A program made the position numbers and the translations under genes. Of a DNA stretch of 64,000 nucleotides, positions 47,228 through 56,972 are shown piece by piece. The stretch is taken from the NCBI GenBank assembly GCA_944326555.1, contig CALVEK010000009.1, positions 13,778 through 77,777 of the forward strand. The letters run 5' to 3'. The DNA is from Candidatus Gastranaerophilales bacterium. GTDB taxonomy: Bacteria; Cyanobacteriota; Vampirovibrionia; Gastranaerophilales; Gastranaerophilaceae. How positions within the stretch are numbered: the first letter of the stretch is position 1; every line of letters begins with the position of its first letter. The notes beneath the pieces are model-generated. The model had not been told where the DNA came from. It was given only the letters and a program-made list of their open reading frames with translations, and did no database searches.

Positions 47228-49285
47228 CTACATTTTTAACCACATTGCATCGTAAGGTTGCAATCTTACGGTCAGTTTCTTATTCTGAACCTTAGCTCTT
47301 ACCATTTTGTCCGTGAGTAAATCTTTTAAGAATATGTCTTTGGATTTCTTACCAAAGGTATCATCTGTAAATATAACCGTAGCCTTAGTTCTATCTGATG
47401 ACAAATTGTTAATAACAACAATCCTGTCATCTTTGTACTCTCTGACATAGGCAAAGACTTCGGGTGAATCAGTTTTTATTTCCGTAAATGTACCCCTTGT
47501 CATTACAGGATATTGTTTTCTTACTTTAATAAGTTTTTGAACCCTTGCATAAACTTTATGATTGTATGAGTTAGTATTTTTCATCGCATCATAAAAGACT
47601 TGCTGTTTAATAGGTCCTCTATTTATATCCCTACTGTCAAAGTAACTCAGCATTTTTGTTTTGTTTTTCTTATCAGCTTTTTGTTTAGCTTCACGTTTTT
47701 TTGCACTTTCTTTTGCATTTGCATAGTTATTCGGCATTCCAATTTCATCACCGTAATAAATAATAGGAACACCCGGTAAAGACATCAATATAGAAAAAGC
47801 CATACCAATCCTGTCCGGATTTTTATCCAAAAAACTTGCCAAACGTCCGCTTACGCCATAGCCTTTTCTAAAAGCAGCACCCTTTGGAGCAAGACCATCA
47901 AATAATAATTCTCTTGTTTTTTCGTTAACCATTTCAAGAGTAAGTTCGTCATGCACTCTTAAAAACATTGCCCAAGCTGTGGAATCAGGAATTTTAGGCG
48001 TACTTTTATATGCTTTCCAAAAATAAGAATTATCAGCCGTTACCAAAGATGCCCATATAGCAGGCATATAAGGAAAATGATAACACAGCTGTACTTCATC
48101 TGTTCTTGTGATTTCTTTTAGATTATCTTTGATTTTATGTTCAACTTTTCTTTCTTTACCAAAATAAGGAAGAATCTTTTGCGGCTGCTGACAAGCCTCT
48201 GCCTGAATAACCGAGCGAGGAGCAATTGTCTGCAAAAATGCACTTATCAACTGTATTACATAATGTGTTTTAGGAAGATTTTCTGCACTTGTACCTTCTT
48301 CTTTACTCAAATAAGGAATAGCATCCATCCTAAATATATCAACACCCATATTTGCCCAAAAAGCAACTGCATCAAGCATATAATATAAAACTTGAGGGTT
48401 TTCCCAGTTTACATCGAGCTGAAAAGGATAAAATGTGTGATAAACGTAATAATCTTTGCCCTTTATGGTTACTTTTCTATAGTGATTATCGGTAATCTCA
48501 GGGAATATCAGACGTCTTCTTGTAACAGTACCGTCCTTTTCCTTATATTCAACCATATAGCCGCGCTTTTCATCTTTGTATTGATGATATTCGGGCATAT
48601 CTTCTCTTGCAATAAAATAATGAAGTTTGTTTATATCACCTTTTAAGGCTTGTTGGAACCACTCGTGTTGATCGGAAAAATGGTTAAGAATCAAGTCAGC
48701 TTTTATCTTGAAACCTTTTTGTCTTGCTGCAAGCATAAACTCTTCAAATTCTTCCATACCGCCTAAATCTTTACGCACATTTTTAGGATCTCTGACATCA
48801 AAACCGGAATCACCCATGGGAGAATCGGCAAAAGGCAAGATATATATGGTTGTTACGCCCAAATCTTTCAAGTAATCTAACATACCGATAAGCGTTTTGA
48901 ACGTTGCAGGTTTACCTGTTTCATCCACACCAAATTGATCGGGGTAGAACATGTAAACAACTTCTTCCTTGTACCAATCGGAATCTCTTTGAAGATCATC
49001 TTCGTACAAGTCTTTTGCTCTTTGAAATTTTGCTCTTTTTATTATTTTTACAATTTCAGGATATATTGTATCCACCTGCTCTTTACCATATATATGAGCA
49101 ATAGCTGTTTTCATAGATTCTTCAAGTTTTAGAGGGACCAAACTATCAAAATTCTGGTTATGAATTTTATGTGTAGTATGGACAGATGCAATCTGCGCAA
49201 ATACAGAAGCCCCACTAAAAAGGAACATTATCGGAATTAGTATAAAAACTGCAATTAAACGTTTTATCATATGTATGTCTTTCAT
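47228..49285 (-). CDS. Secreted GH13 alpha-amylase-family enzyme (amylosucrase/trehalose-synthase-like subgroup)
   Basis: 685 aa with a signal peptide. GH13 regions are DLILNHFSDQHEW, GVDIFRMDAIPY and FLRVHDELT. Confidence 0.85.
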   Translation of the reverse strand: MKDIHMIKRLIAVFILIPIMFLFSGASVFAQIASVHTTHKIHNQNFDSLVPLKLEESMKTAIAHIYGKEQVDTIYPEIVKIIKRAKFQRAKDLYEDDLQRDSDWYKEEVVYMFYPDQFGVDETGKPATFKTLIGMLDYLKDLGVTTIYILPFADSPMGDSGFDVRDPKNVRKDLGGMEEFEEFMLAARQKGFKIKADLILNHFSDQHEWFQQALKGDINKLHYFIAREDMPEYHQYKDEKRGYMVEYKEKDGTVTRRRLIFPEITDNHYRKVTIKGKDYYVYHTFYPFQLDVNWENPQVLYYMLDAVAFWANMGVDIFRMDAIPYLSKEEGTSAENLPKTHYVIQLISAFLQTIAPRSVIQAEACQQPQKILPYFGKERKVEHKIKDNLKEITRTDEVQLCYHFPYMPAIWASLVTADNSYFWKAYKSTPKIPDSTAWAMFLRVHDELTLEMVNEKTRELLFDGLAPKGAAFRKGYGVSGRLASFLDKNPDRIGMAFSILMSLPGVPIIYYGDEIGMPNNYANAKESAKKREAKQKADKKNKTKMLSYFDSRDINRGPIKQQVFYDAMKNTNSYNHKVYARVQKLIKVRKQYPVMTRGTFTEIKTDSPEVFAYVREYKDDRIVVINNLSSDRTKATVIFTDDTFGKKSKDIFLKDLLTDKMVRAKVQNKKLTVRLQPYDAMWLKM

Positions 49286-49411
49286 TTTTATTCATTGAGG
49301 AAATAATAAAATAATTATCATTTTTACATAATCACAAGTCAAGGAATCTTAAGTATTATAAACCGATTGTTTATGATATTTTATCCATGTGGAATTATAT
49401 GAGTGTTTAAT

Positions 49412-50719
49412 ATGGATATTTTAATTAACCCTGTAGTAGTATCAGTAATTTTGCTTTGCATACTTTGCCTGTTGAGAATAAACGTATTGCTTGCAATAAT
49501 AATTGCATCAATTGCCGCAGGTCTTGCCGGGAATATGCAGATAAATGAAATAATGAAAACTTTTATTTCAGGTATGGGAGGAAATTCTGAAACTGCGTTA
49601 AGTTACATTCTTCTTGGTGCATTTGCTGCAGCTATGACACATACGGGTCTTGCGCCAATTCTTGCCCAAAAAATTGCCAATATAATTTGCGGTAAAAAAT
49701 TGATTTTGATATTCATAATAAGCCTGATTGCAGTGTTATCACAGAATTTAATTCCTGTACACATTGCTTTCATTCCGATACTAATACCGCCATTACTACA
49801 TGTTATGAACAAAATGGAGTTGGATAGACGTTCAATTTCCTGTGCCCTTGCATTTGGACTAAAAACACCATATATAGCTATACCAGCAGGTTTTGGACTG
49901 ATTTTTCAAGGTTTGATTGCAGAAAATCTTACACAAAACGGTATTCAAACAAGTGTTAACGATATCTGGAAAGCAAACTGGTTTCTTGCTCTCGCTATGT
50001 TAACAGGTCTTTTGATAGCAGTTTTTATTACATATAAAAAACCAAGAGAGTACAAAGACATACAAGTCAACGAAATAAACACAGAAAACGATGCACTTAA
50101 ATTCAACAAAAGCCACTACCTGACATTGCTTGCAGCATTTGCAACGTTAATAGTTCAACTTTGGACAAACTCGTTACCTTTAGGAGCACTTGTCGGTCTT
50201 ACTATAATCTTTGGAACAGGTGCTATTGACCACAAAAAAATGGACAAATTAATGAACGAAGGTATAGGACTAATGGGCTATGTAGCCTTTGTAATGCTTG
50301 TTGCAGCAGGTTATGCAATGGTATTAAAACAAACAGGCAGCATAGACGCTCTTGTTCACAGTGCAGCAACCTTTATGCAAGGCAGCAAGCTCTTAGCAGC
50401 AACTATAATGCTGGCAATAGGTTTATTTATTACAATGGGCATCGGTACATCATTCGGAACCATACCGATTCTTGCGGTGTTGTTTGTACCAATTTGTATA
50501 AAAATGGGCTTCAGTGTTCCTGCAACCATAATAATGCTTTCTGCAGCAGCTGCACTTGGCGATGCAGGTTCTCCCGCATCAGACACAACACTGGGACCAA
50601 CAGCAGGACTCAATGCGGATGGGCAACACAACCATATTACAGATACTTGTATACCGACTTTTTTACATTACAACATACCACTAATCATATTTGCAGTATT
50701 GGCCGTTTATATATTTTAA
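49412..50719 (+). CDS. NhaC-superfamily transporter (YuiF-like)
   Basis: About 435 aa and polytopic. The N-terminus VLLAIIIASIAAGLAG...GGNSETALSYILLGAFAAAM resembles YuiF-type Na+/H+ antiporter-family proteins. The listed ORF starts at GTG 49403. Confidence 0.7.
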   Translation: MDILINPVVVSVILLCILCLLRINVLLAIIIASIAAGLAGNMQINEIMKTFISGMGGNSETALSYILLGAFAAAMTHTGLAPILAQKIANIICGKKLILIFIISLIAVLSQNLIPVHIAFIPILIPPLLHVMNKMELDRRSISCALAFGLKTPYIAIPAGFGLIFQGLIAENLTQNGIQTSVNDIWKANWFLALAMLTGLLIAVFITYKKPREYKDIQVNEINTENDALKFNKSHYLTLLAAFATLIVQLWTNSLPLGALVGLTIIFGTGAIDHKKMDKLMNEGIGLMGYVAFVMLVAAGYAMVLKQTGSIDALVHSAATFMQGSKLLAATIMLAIGLFITMGIGTSFGTIPILAVLFVPICIKMGFSVPATIIMLSAAAALGDAGSPASDTTLGPTAGLNADGQHNHITDTCIPTFLHYNIPLIIFAVLAVYIF

Positions 50720-50802
50720 CCAATACGAGAGCAAAACTGTATGACAAGGGTTTGGTTCGTTATCCAATCTCTTGAGAAAAATGTTGCAAAAATAAATTTC
50801 GA

Positions 50803-51570
50803 CTACCAGAGGTAATAGTCAAAATCTTCTTCAGGAACATCGGAAATTTCGCCATTCGGCTCATAATAAAATCCGAATTTATTTTCTTCGATTTCTCCGT
50901 CACTGTATTGGAAACTGCTTGCAGTCTGTAATTTTTCTACAGTCATATCTTCATCAAAAAGCAAATATGTGTTTTCTATTGCAGTTTCGCCGTGTTGTTC
51001 AGAAATAAAAGCGTATTTTGCAATAAACTTGCCATAATTGTTTTCAGAAGGTTTCAAATCAAACCTTTCAAAGTCTGCTTTATCTTTTTTCAACAATTCT
51101 GCACTTGCGTGTTGCAATTTGTTATCAATCTTTGAATACTTAAGATTATACTTGAATACGCCATCACTGTAGGTAACAAATGAGTTGTTTTGATTTGATT
51201 CTGTTTTAAAATCTGATATAGAAGAATGATTTTCAGTTAAGAATTCATCCAAAACCTTTTCATCACCAAAAAACTTCAATTTTCCGTTATTTGTAGTCCA
51301 TTCAAAAGACTCAAATCCCGGAATTCCATCTTCAGAATTTTTGACTATTTTAAAATAATCATTTATATCAGCAGGTTTAACAGATGCTTCAAAATCTGTA
51401 CCTATAAAGCCAAAACCGCTGCACTCTTCATTTCTCTTGAAAGATACAGTATCTTTATTTAAAGCTACAGGCAAGCCGGCATTAAGAATCTGTCTGTTAT
51501 TCGACATATTACTTATGTTATTATACAAATTCGTTTTGTTAATAAATGAGGGGATAGCAAAAATTTTCAT
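50803..51570 (-). CDS. Hypothetical acidic protein
   Basis: 255-aa ORF with GGAG 13 nt upstream. No signal peptide, TM segment or recognisable motif. Confidence 0.6.
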   Translation of the reverse strand: MKIFAIPSFINKTNLYNNISNMSNNRQILNAGLPVALNKDTVSFKRNEECSGFGFIGTDFEASVKPADINDYFKIVKNSEDGIPGFESFEWTTNNGKLKFFGDEKVLDEFLTENHSSISDFKTESNQNNSFVTYSDGVFKYNLKYSKIDNKLQHASAELLKKDKADFERFDLKPSENNYGKFIAKYAFISEQHGETAIENTYLLFDEDMTVEKLQTASSFQYSDGEIEENKFGFYYEPNGEISDVPEEDFDYYLW

Positions 51571-51669
51571 AGTGTTTTTTCTCCATTAGTTGCAGTAATT
51601 TACCTATTATTTTATTACTTTATGGAAAAATTAAAACTAATCAGTGAAAATATTTCTAAAATCTTTACA

Positions 51670-52401
51670 TTAAACAGACAAATTTCTCAAATCCAACAAT
51701 AAAAACGCCGACGAGCTTTCAACCCCTACAATTTCAAGTAAACTTTCTTCTCCCACAATAGATATAGCATCTCCTGATTCTAAAATATTTGAATTCACAT
51801 CAATTGCACCATTTATAACCTGTATCCAAAACTTTCTGTTTTTCTTCATTGGATAACGCAAAATTTTGTCCATATTTATTATCGATTTATAAATATTTAT
51901 ATCTTGTTTTATTTTCAACGAACCTTCTCTTCCACTTGAAGAAGCCACAAGTTTCAACTTATCTTGAAATAATTTTTCGGAGAAATTCTTTTTTTGACAG
52001 GCAGACTCAACATTTTTTTTGCAAGGAAGTATAGCGATTTGTATAAAATGAGCAGATTTTTCAGAAAACCACTTACATTGATTTTTTACAATTTCTGAAG
52101 AGCAAGATATAAGCTGAATATCTCCGGATTTTAATAGGATGTCTTCATCAAAAAGTCCTTTAAAAGTCATTTCTCCATCAATAACAAAAGTAATAATCTC
52201 AATATTTGAGCTGCATAAAAGATTCAAATCGTTTTGACTAAACCTGCTGTCATTAAAAGCGACCAAATCACTAAACCCCAAGTTAAAAGAATCAAAATAT
52301 TGTGCCAAGGGCATTGTATGCAAAAAACCAAAATTTTCTTCATTTTTTCCACTATATTCTCTGGCTCGCAATTTATACATCAAATTATTTCCTACCAACA
52401 A
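51670..52401 (-). CDS. Pirin/YhhW-family bicupin lacking the metal ligands
   Basis: 243 aa, colinear with YhhW-type pirins (EGSLKIKQDINIYK, KFWIQVINGAIDVN). The HxH...H.E ligand positions read CSS...VKN. Confidence 0.7.
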   Translation of the reverse strand: MLVGNNLMYKLRAREYSGKNEENFGFLHTMPLAQYFDSFNLGFSDLVAFNDSRFSQNDLNLLCSSNIEIITFVIDGEMTFKGLFDEDILLKSGDIQLISCSSEIVKNQCKWFSEKSAHFIQIAILPCKKNVESACQKKNFSEKLFQDKLKLVASSSGREGSLKIKQDINIYKSIINMDKILRYPMKKNRKFWIQVINGAIDVNSNILESGDAISIVGEESLLEIVGVESSSAFLLLDLRNLSV

Positions 52402-52460
52402 TAACTGTAAAAGTATAAAATTAAGAACTCAAAAAAATATTCTCTAAAAGAATAGTTCTT

Positions 52461-53216
52461 TTATGCAGTTATAATTTTCTTCAAAATTTTTGCAAGCAAT
52501 ATATCTTGAGCCAAAAACTCTTTTTCATTCATGTTTTTGTAATACTCCGGAGTTTGAGAGTTGCGCAAAGCTGTAACACCTTGAGAATTTTCGAAAAACT
52601 CATCTACAGAACATATATTTGTAAAATAGTATTTTTGATAAATATAATCACTAACAACGCCAAAAAGTTTTTGCTCCATATAATATCCGTTTTTTTCACA
52701 ATCCAAACAAAATACATCATTTATTCCAAAATCAAAGGCGATATCACTAATAAAAGAATTTCTTTTTTTATCATGCAATGCAGAAGAAAATAAGACTGAC
52801 TCATATTTTTTTATCAATTCATCAAGCACAGAAGCCCCTTTATTTGCAAGCATAAATCCTGAGCAGACTTTAGATAAACCTTTAGAAAAAACTATCAAGT
52901 CAGAATTTTTTAGCAAAATATCTTGAAAATTAAACTTTTCTGTCAAAATCGTATCTGCATCCATAAAAAGCCCACCATTATGATAAAGAACAACAGAAGC
53001 AATATAGTCAATAAAAATGGGGGAAAGAACACTGCTGGTTTGTTTTTTTATATTTTCTAAAACACAATTCGGAACATATTTATTCAAATTTTCATAATTT
53101 AATACATTAATCTTGCATTTATCGTTTGCATTTATTAACCAAGTTTGCAGACATAAATTCATATACTTAGGAGAAACTTTGCTATCAAAGAAAGTAAATA
53201 TATTTTTTGAATTCAA
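52461..53216 (-). CDS. GT32-like glycosyltransferase (DXD sugar-binding region)
   Basis: 251 aa. The segment DYIASVVLYHNGGLFMDADTIL matches the SD..R..LL..GG.Y.D.D motif of the Gly_transf_sug/capsule-synthesis families. Confidence 0.65.
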   Translation of the reverse strand: MNSKNIFTFFDSKVSPKYMNLCLQTWLINANDKCKINVLNYENLNKYVPNCVLENIKKQTSSVLSPIFIDYIASVVLYHNGGLFMDADTILTEKFNFQDILLKNSDLIVFSKGLSKVCSGFMLANKGASVLDELIKKYESVLFSSALHDKKRNSFISDIAFDFGINDVFCLDCEKNGYYMEQKLFGVVSDYIYQKYYFTNICSVDEFFENSQGVTALRNSQTPEYYKNMNEKEFLAQDILLAKILKKIITA

Positions 53217-53419
53217 TTCAGCTCCTAAGCATATTTAAATCTTTAAACATAAAAATAATTACACTATCACGCCATCAAAATAACAGCGTTAAACACTGTA
53301 TATCTATTCATAATACGTCATAAAACGCCTAAGTCAATAGTATACTTGCAACTTTTTAGTCGTTTTAGCACCTTAAGTTAAATATTTAAGACCTATATAC
53401 TTAATGAAAGGATTGTATT

Positions 53420-54082
53420 ATGGCAAATTTTAAATCAGGATTGGGCAACAATGTCAAATTGCTCAGAAAAACAAAAAATATCACGCAAGAAGAACTTGCA
53501 GAAATCATAGGGATACACCCTCGCCAACTTTCAAAAATTGAAACAGGCGAACATTTCCCATCCTGCAAAACTCTCGAAAAATTATGCATGGTCTTGGACG
53601 TAGAACCCAAAGCTCTTTTTGACTTTGAGTTCTTAATAGACGTAAATGAAAGCGCTCTTACAGGAACAGACAACACCATTGCTTATAAAGTAGAAACAAC
53701 AGAAAACAAAAATAACATCTACCAATTAAGACCTGATTCAAGCACAAATATAAACGACTCCAAACCAAGCATAGACAAAAGCATGGCTCAAACAGCAAAA
53801 GTTATGAACAAACCTGTTTTTGTAGAATATATGGAAGAAGGTAAAACCACAAAATTAGTCGTATTTTACCCTGACGGCAAAGAAAAAGTAATAAGAAACT
53901 CTATAGATACAACTGCAAAACAGAACATGATTTATATGATGACAGAGTTCAAAAAAATTACAAAAGACCCTCAAGCAGTTGAATTCATAAAGTGCGCCCT
54001 TAACTCCTTGAAAGATGATAAAGACCTAAAAAAACTTGACAGCATAATATACGGAATGAAACTGGCAAGAGGAATCGACTAA
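53420..54082 (+). CDS. XRE-family HTH transcriptional regulator with unknown C-terminal domain
   Basis: 220 aa. The N-terminal HTH_3 region reads LRKTKNITQEELAEIIGIHPRQLSKIETGEH. SD AAAGGA. Confidence 0.8.
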   Translation: MANFKSGLGNNVKLLRKTKNITQEELAEIIGIHPRQLSKIETGEHFPSCKTLEKLCMVLDVEPKALFDFEFLIDVNESALTGTDNTIAYKVETTENKNNIYQLRPDSSTNINDSKPSIDKSMAQTAKVMNKPVFVEYMEEGKTTKLVVFYPDGKEKVIRNSIDTTAKQNMIYMMTEFKKITKDPQAVEFIKCALNSLKDDKDLKKLDSIIYGMKLARGID

Positions 54083-54083
54083 T

Positions 54084-56678
54084 CTACTTCTTGTCATCAA
54101 ACAACAATGAAAGCTGCGGCACCTGAACTTCAGGAGATTTATTTTTGCGTTTGTTCGCTGACAAATCTTTAGAATAATCCAATTGCATTTTTGTCATCAT
54201 ATTTTCAGCAGTTTTTATGACAGACACAGGTAAACCCGCCATTTTTGCAACCTGAATACCGTAACTTTTACTTGCAGAGCCTTCTATAACTTTGCGTAAA
54301 AATATAATTTCACCGTCATTTTCAGAAATTGTTACCCTGTAATTTTTTATTTGAGGGAATATAGAACTCATAACGTTCAGTTCATGATAATGAGTAGCAA
54401 AAATTGTACGTGCTTTAATTTTAGTTGCAATGTATTCCGCAACACTCCAAGCTATAGCTACTCCATCATAGGTGCTTGTTCCCCTGCCTATTTCATCTAA
54501 CAATATAAGGCTTTTTTCGGTTGCAGAGTTTAATATAAAGGCAGTCTCATTCATTTCGACCATAAAAGTCGATTGTCCCAAAGACAAATCATCAACAGCA
54601 CCAACACGAGTGAATATTTTATCTACAATGCCTATTTTGGCACAATCACAAGGAACATAACTTCCTATTTGAGCAAGTATAACAATTAGAGCATTTTGTC
54701 TCATGTAAGTTGACTTACCTGCCATATTAGGGCCTGTTAGAATCATGAACTGAGTATCATTTTGAGTTTGGTTATCTGCAATGAGTTTTAAGTCATTTGA
54801 AACATACTTACCCATGGGTAGAATTTTCTCCAATACAGGATGGCGTCCCTCCTTTATAAAAAGTTCATTAGAATCATCAATTTGAGGCCTTACATATTTG
54901 TTTTCGATAGCACATACAGCAAAAGAAACAAGAACATCAAGATTCGCAATAGACTCAGCAACTTCTCTTATTTTTTCAACAAACTCTTTTGAATATTCCT
55001 TAAGATCAGAGAAAATCTTTTGTTCAAGCTCAATAGATTTTGATTGAGCAGAAAGAACATCTGACTCATGTTTTTTTAGTTCTTCAGTTATAAATCTTTC
55101 ACCATTAGTCAGAGTCTGGCGTCTGATGTAATGTTCGGGCACTAAGCCCAAATTAGAATTTGAAACCTCTATAAAATACCCAAAAGTCTTAGAAAAACCG
55201 ACTTTCAAAAATTTAATACCGGTTTCTTCTTTTTGCTTATTTTCAAAATCAACAAGCCAGTTTTTGCCACCATGGAGCATATCTCGATAGTAATCTAAAT
55301 CTCCTGATACACCTTGTTTGATAACATTTCCGTCTTTAACAATTATCGGAGCATCCTCTGATATGGTTTTTTCTACTATATCGGCAAATTCCAACAAATC
55401 CTCTTGATTAACAGAAAATGAACTCAAAAGTTTTGAATTAAACACACCTAAAACTTCAGCGAATTCAGGCAAAAGTTTAATTGTGTCTTTTAGCGCAAGA
55501 AAATCTCTCGGATTAGCTGTATTATTACCAAGTCTTGTGGAAAGGCGTTGAATATCATAAACTTTCTCCAAAAGACCGATAAGTTTTATTCTGTTGCTCG
55601 TATTTTCTATAAGTTCGGAAACAGAATCTTGTCTTTCCTTTATTCTTTCTATATTTTTTAACGGCTGATGGAGCCACTTTTTCAACTGTCTTGAACCCAT
55701 GTTGGTTTTTGTGTTATCAATGGCCCAAAGCAAAGAACCGTATTTTGCTTTATCTCTTGAAGTTTCAGTTAATTCCAAATTGCGTCTTGTGTTTGAATCA
55801 ATAGAAACAAACTGTGTAAGACTGTAAGAATCAATTTTTTCAAATTTAGGGAAATTTTCTTTTTGAGTTCTAATTAAATACTCAATAATAGCCCCTGCAG
55901 CACAAAACCCGATTTTGCATTGACTAAAACCAAATGCATCAGCGCTTTCTACATTAAAGACCTCTTTTACATTACGTTCTGCTCTATCGATATCAAAAGC
56001 AACATAACTCATTTTAGAACAGTTATAGTTATTCACAATTTCATCAGGCAAATCAATCTTTTCATCACCAACAAATTGAAAAGGCAAAACTTTTTGAGAA
56101 ATTTTAGGGACAACGACTTCTGTCGGTTTTATTCTGGAAAGTTCACTAAGCAACTGACCAAAATCAGTTTGAGTAACTTTAAATTCCCCCGTTGAAATAT
56201 CTGTATATGCTAAACCATAAATATCAGATTTTTTGTCTTTAACGATTGCAGCAAGGTAATTATTTGTGTTGGATTTTAAAAGATTTGTCTCTGTTAGAGT
56301 ACCTGCTGTGATAGTTTTTATTATATCTCTTTTAACCAAGCCTTTAGCCGTAGCAGGGTCTTCCAACTGTTCACAAATAGCTATCTTGTGCCCTTTTTCA
56401 AGGAGTTTTGGAAGATAATTATCCACAGCTTTGGCGGGGATTCCTGCCATCGGAATACGTCCGAGATTACCACCTTCTCTGCTTGTTAGAGTCAACTCCA
56501 AGTCTCTTGACATGGTAACGGCATCTTCAAAAAATGTCTCGTAAAAATCACCCATTCTGTACAACAAAAGCACATCCAAATTGTTACGTTTTATTTCCAA
56601 AAATTGACGAAGCATTGGTGTTGCTTCTTCAATATCAACATCAATACTGTTAATATAGTTTACTTCCGACTTAGACAT
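54084..56678 (-). CDS. mutS: DNA mismatch repair protein MutS
   Basis: 864 aa with an N-terminal mismatch-binding domain (GDFYETF), Walker A GPNMAGKSTYMRQ and DEIGRGTSTYDG. Confidence 0.95.
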   Translation of the reverse strand: MSKSEVNYINSIDVDIEEATPMLRQFLEIKRNNLDVLLLYRMGDFYETFFEDAVTMSRDLELTLTSREGGNLGRIPMAGIPAKAVDNYLPKLLEKGHKIAICEQLEDPATAKGLVKRDIIKTITAGTLTETNLLKSNTNNYLAAIVKDKKSDIYGLAYTDISTGEFKVTQTDFGQLLSELSRIKPTEVVVPKISQKVLPFQFVGDEKIDLPDEIVNNYNCSKMSYVAFDIDRAERNVKEVFNVESADAFGFSQCKIGFCAAGAIIEYLIRTQKENFPKFEKIDSYSLTQFVSIDSNTRRNLELTETSRDKAKYGSLLWAIDNTKTNMGSRQLKKWLHQPLKNIERIKERQDSVSELIENTSNRIKLIGLLEKVYDIQRLSTRLGNNTANPRDFLALKDTIKLLPEFAEVLGVFNSKLLSSFSVNQEDLLEFADIVEKTISEDAPIIVKDGNVIKQGVSGDLDYYRDMLHGGKNWLVDFENKQKEETGIKFLKVGFSKTFGYFIEVSNSNLGLVPEHYIRRQTLTNGERFITEELKKHESDVLSAQSKSIELEQKIFSDLKEYSKEFVEKIREVAESIANLDVLVSFAVCAIENKYVRPQIDDSNELFIKEGRHPVLEKILPMGKYVSNDLKLIADNQTQNDTQFMILTGPNMAGKSTYMRQNALIVILAQIGSYVPCDCAKIGIVDKIFTRVGAVDDLSLGQSTFMVEMNETAFILNSATEKSLILLDEIGRGTSTYDGVAIAWSVAEYIATKIKARTIFATHYHELNVMSSIFPQIKNYRVTISENDGEIIFLRKVIEGSASKSYGIQVAKMAGLPVSVIKTAENMMTKMQLDYSKDLSANKRKNKSPEVQVPQLSLLFDDKK

Positions 56679-56764
56679 TAAAAATCCCTGTTAGCTGTTA
56701 TAAGGAAAATTTACTATAAATTAAGGGTATTTTCAAATCTGTTAATAAAAATACAAAAGTCATG

Positions 56765-56793
56765 TTGACATTAAATTATGTCTTAGATATATT
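56765..56793 (+). promoter_or_regulatory. Sigma70 promoter for tRNA-Glu
   Basis: TTGACA (56765-56770), 17 nt, then TATATT (56788-56793), about 45 nt upstream of the tRNA. Confidence 0.6.
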
Positions 56794-56838
56794 ATTCCTA
56801 CGGGTTACAAAAGAACAGTTTGTAACTTGTCCAAATAG

Positions 56839-56914
56839 GCTCCCATCGTCTAGAGGCCTAGGACACATCCCTTTCACGGATGCGGCAGGGGTTCAAATCC
56901 CCTTGGGAGTACCA
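56839..56914 (+). tRNA. tRNA-Glu (anticodon UUC), CCA encoded
   Basis: Hand-folded cloverleaf. Acceptor GCTCCCA/TGGGAGT, D arm GTCT..GGAC, anticodon stem CATCC/GGATG with loop CTTTCAC, T arm AGGGG-TTCAAAT-CCCCT and terminal ACCA. Confidence 0.9.
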
Positions 56915-56920
56915 TTTTAA

Positions 56921-56944
56921 AAGAGCCCTTGAGGCTCTTTTTTT
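56921..56944 (+). terminator. Intrinsic terminator after tRNA-Glu
   Basis: Stem AAGAGCC (56921-56927) / GGCTCTT (56933-56939), with the T-run continuing to 56944. Confidence 0.75.
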
Positions 56945-56972
56945 GTTCCCTTTTTTGAGATATAGTCTCTAT

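Noticed and set aside
56880-56972. N-terminal extensions of listed ORFs (56880 through tRNA-Glu; also 26785-26907, 43963-44121, 37136-37171, 35323-35391 and 36507-36524)
   Set aside because: The extensions overlap a tRNA or terminator or a neighbouring gene. Internal Met codons give family-typical N-termini and/or have SD sequences.
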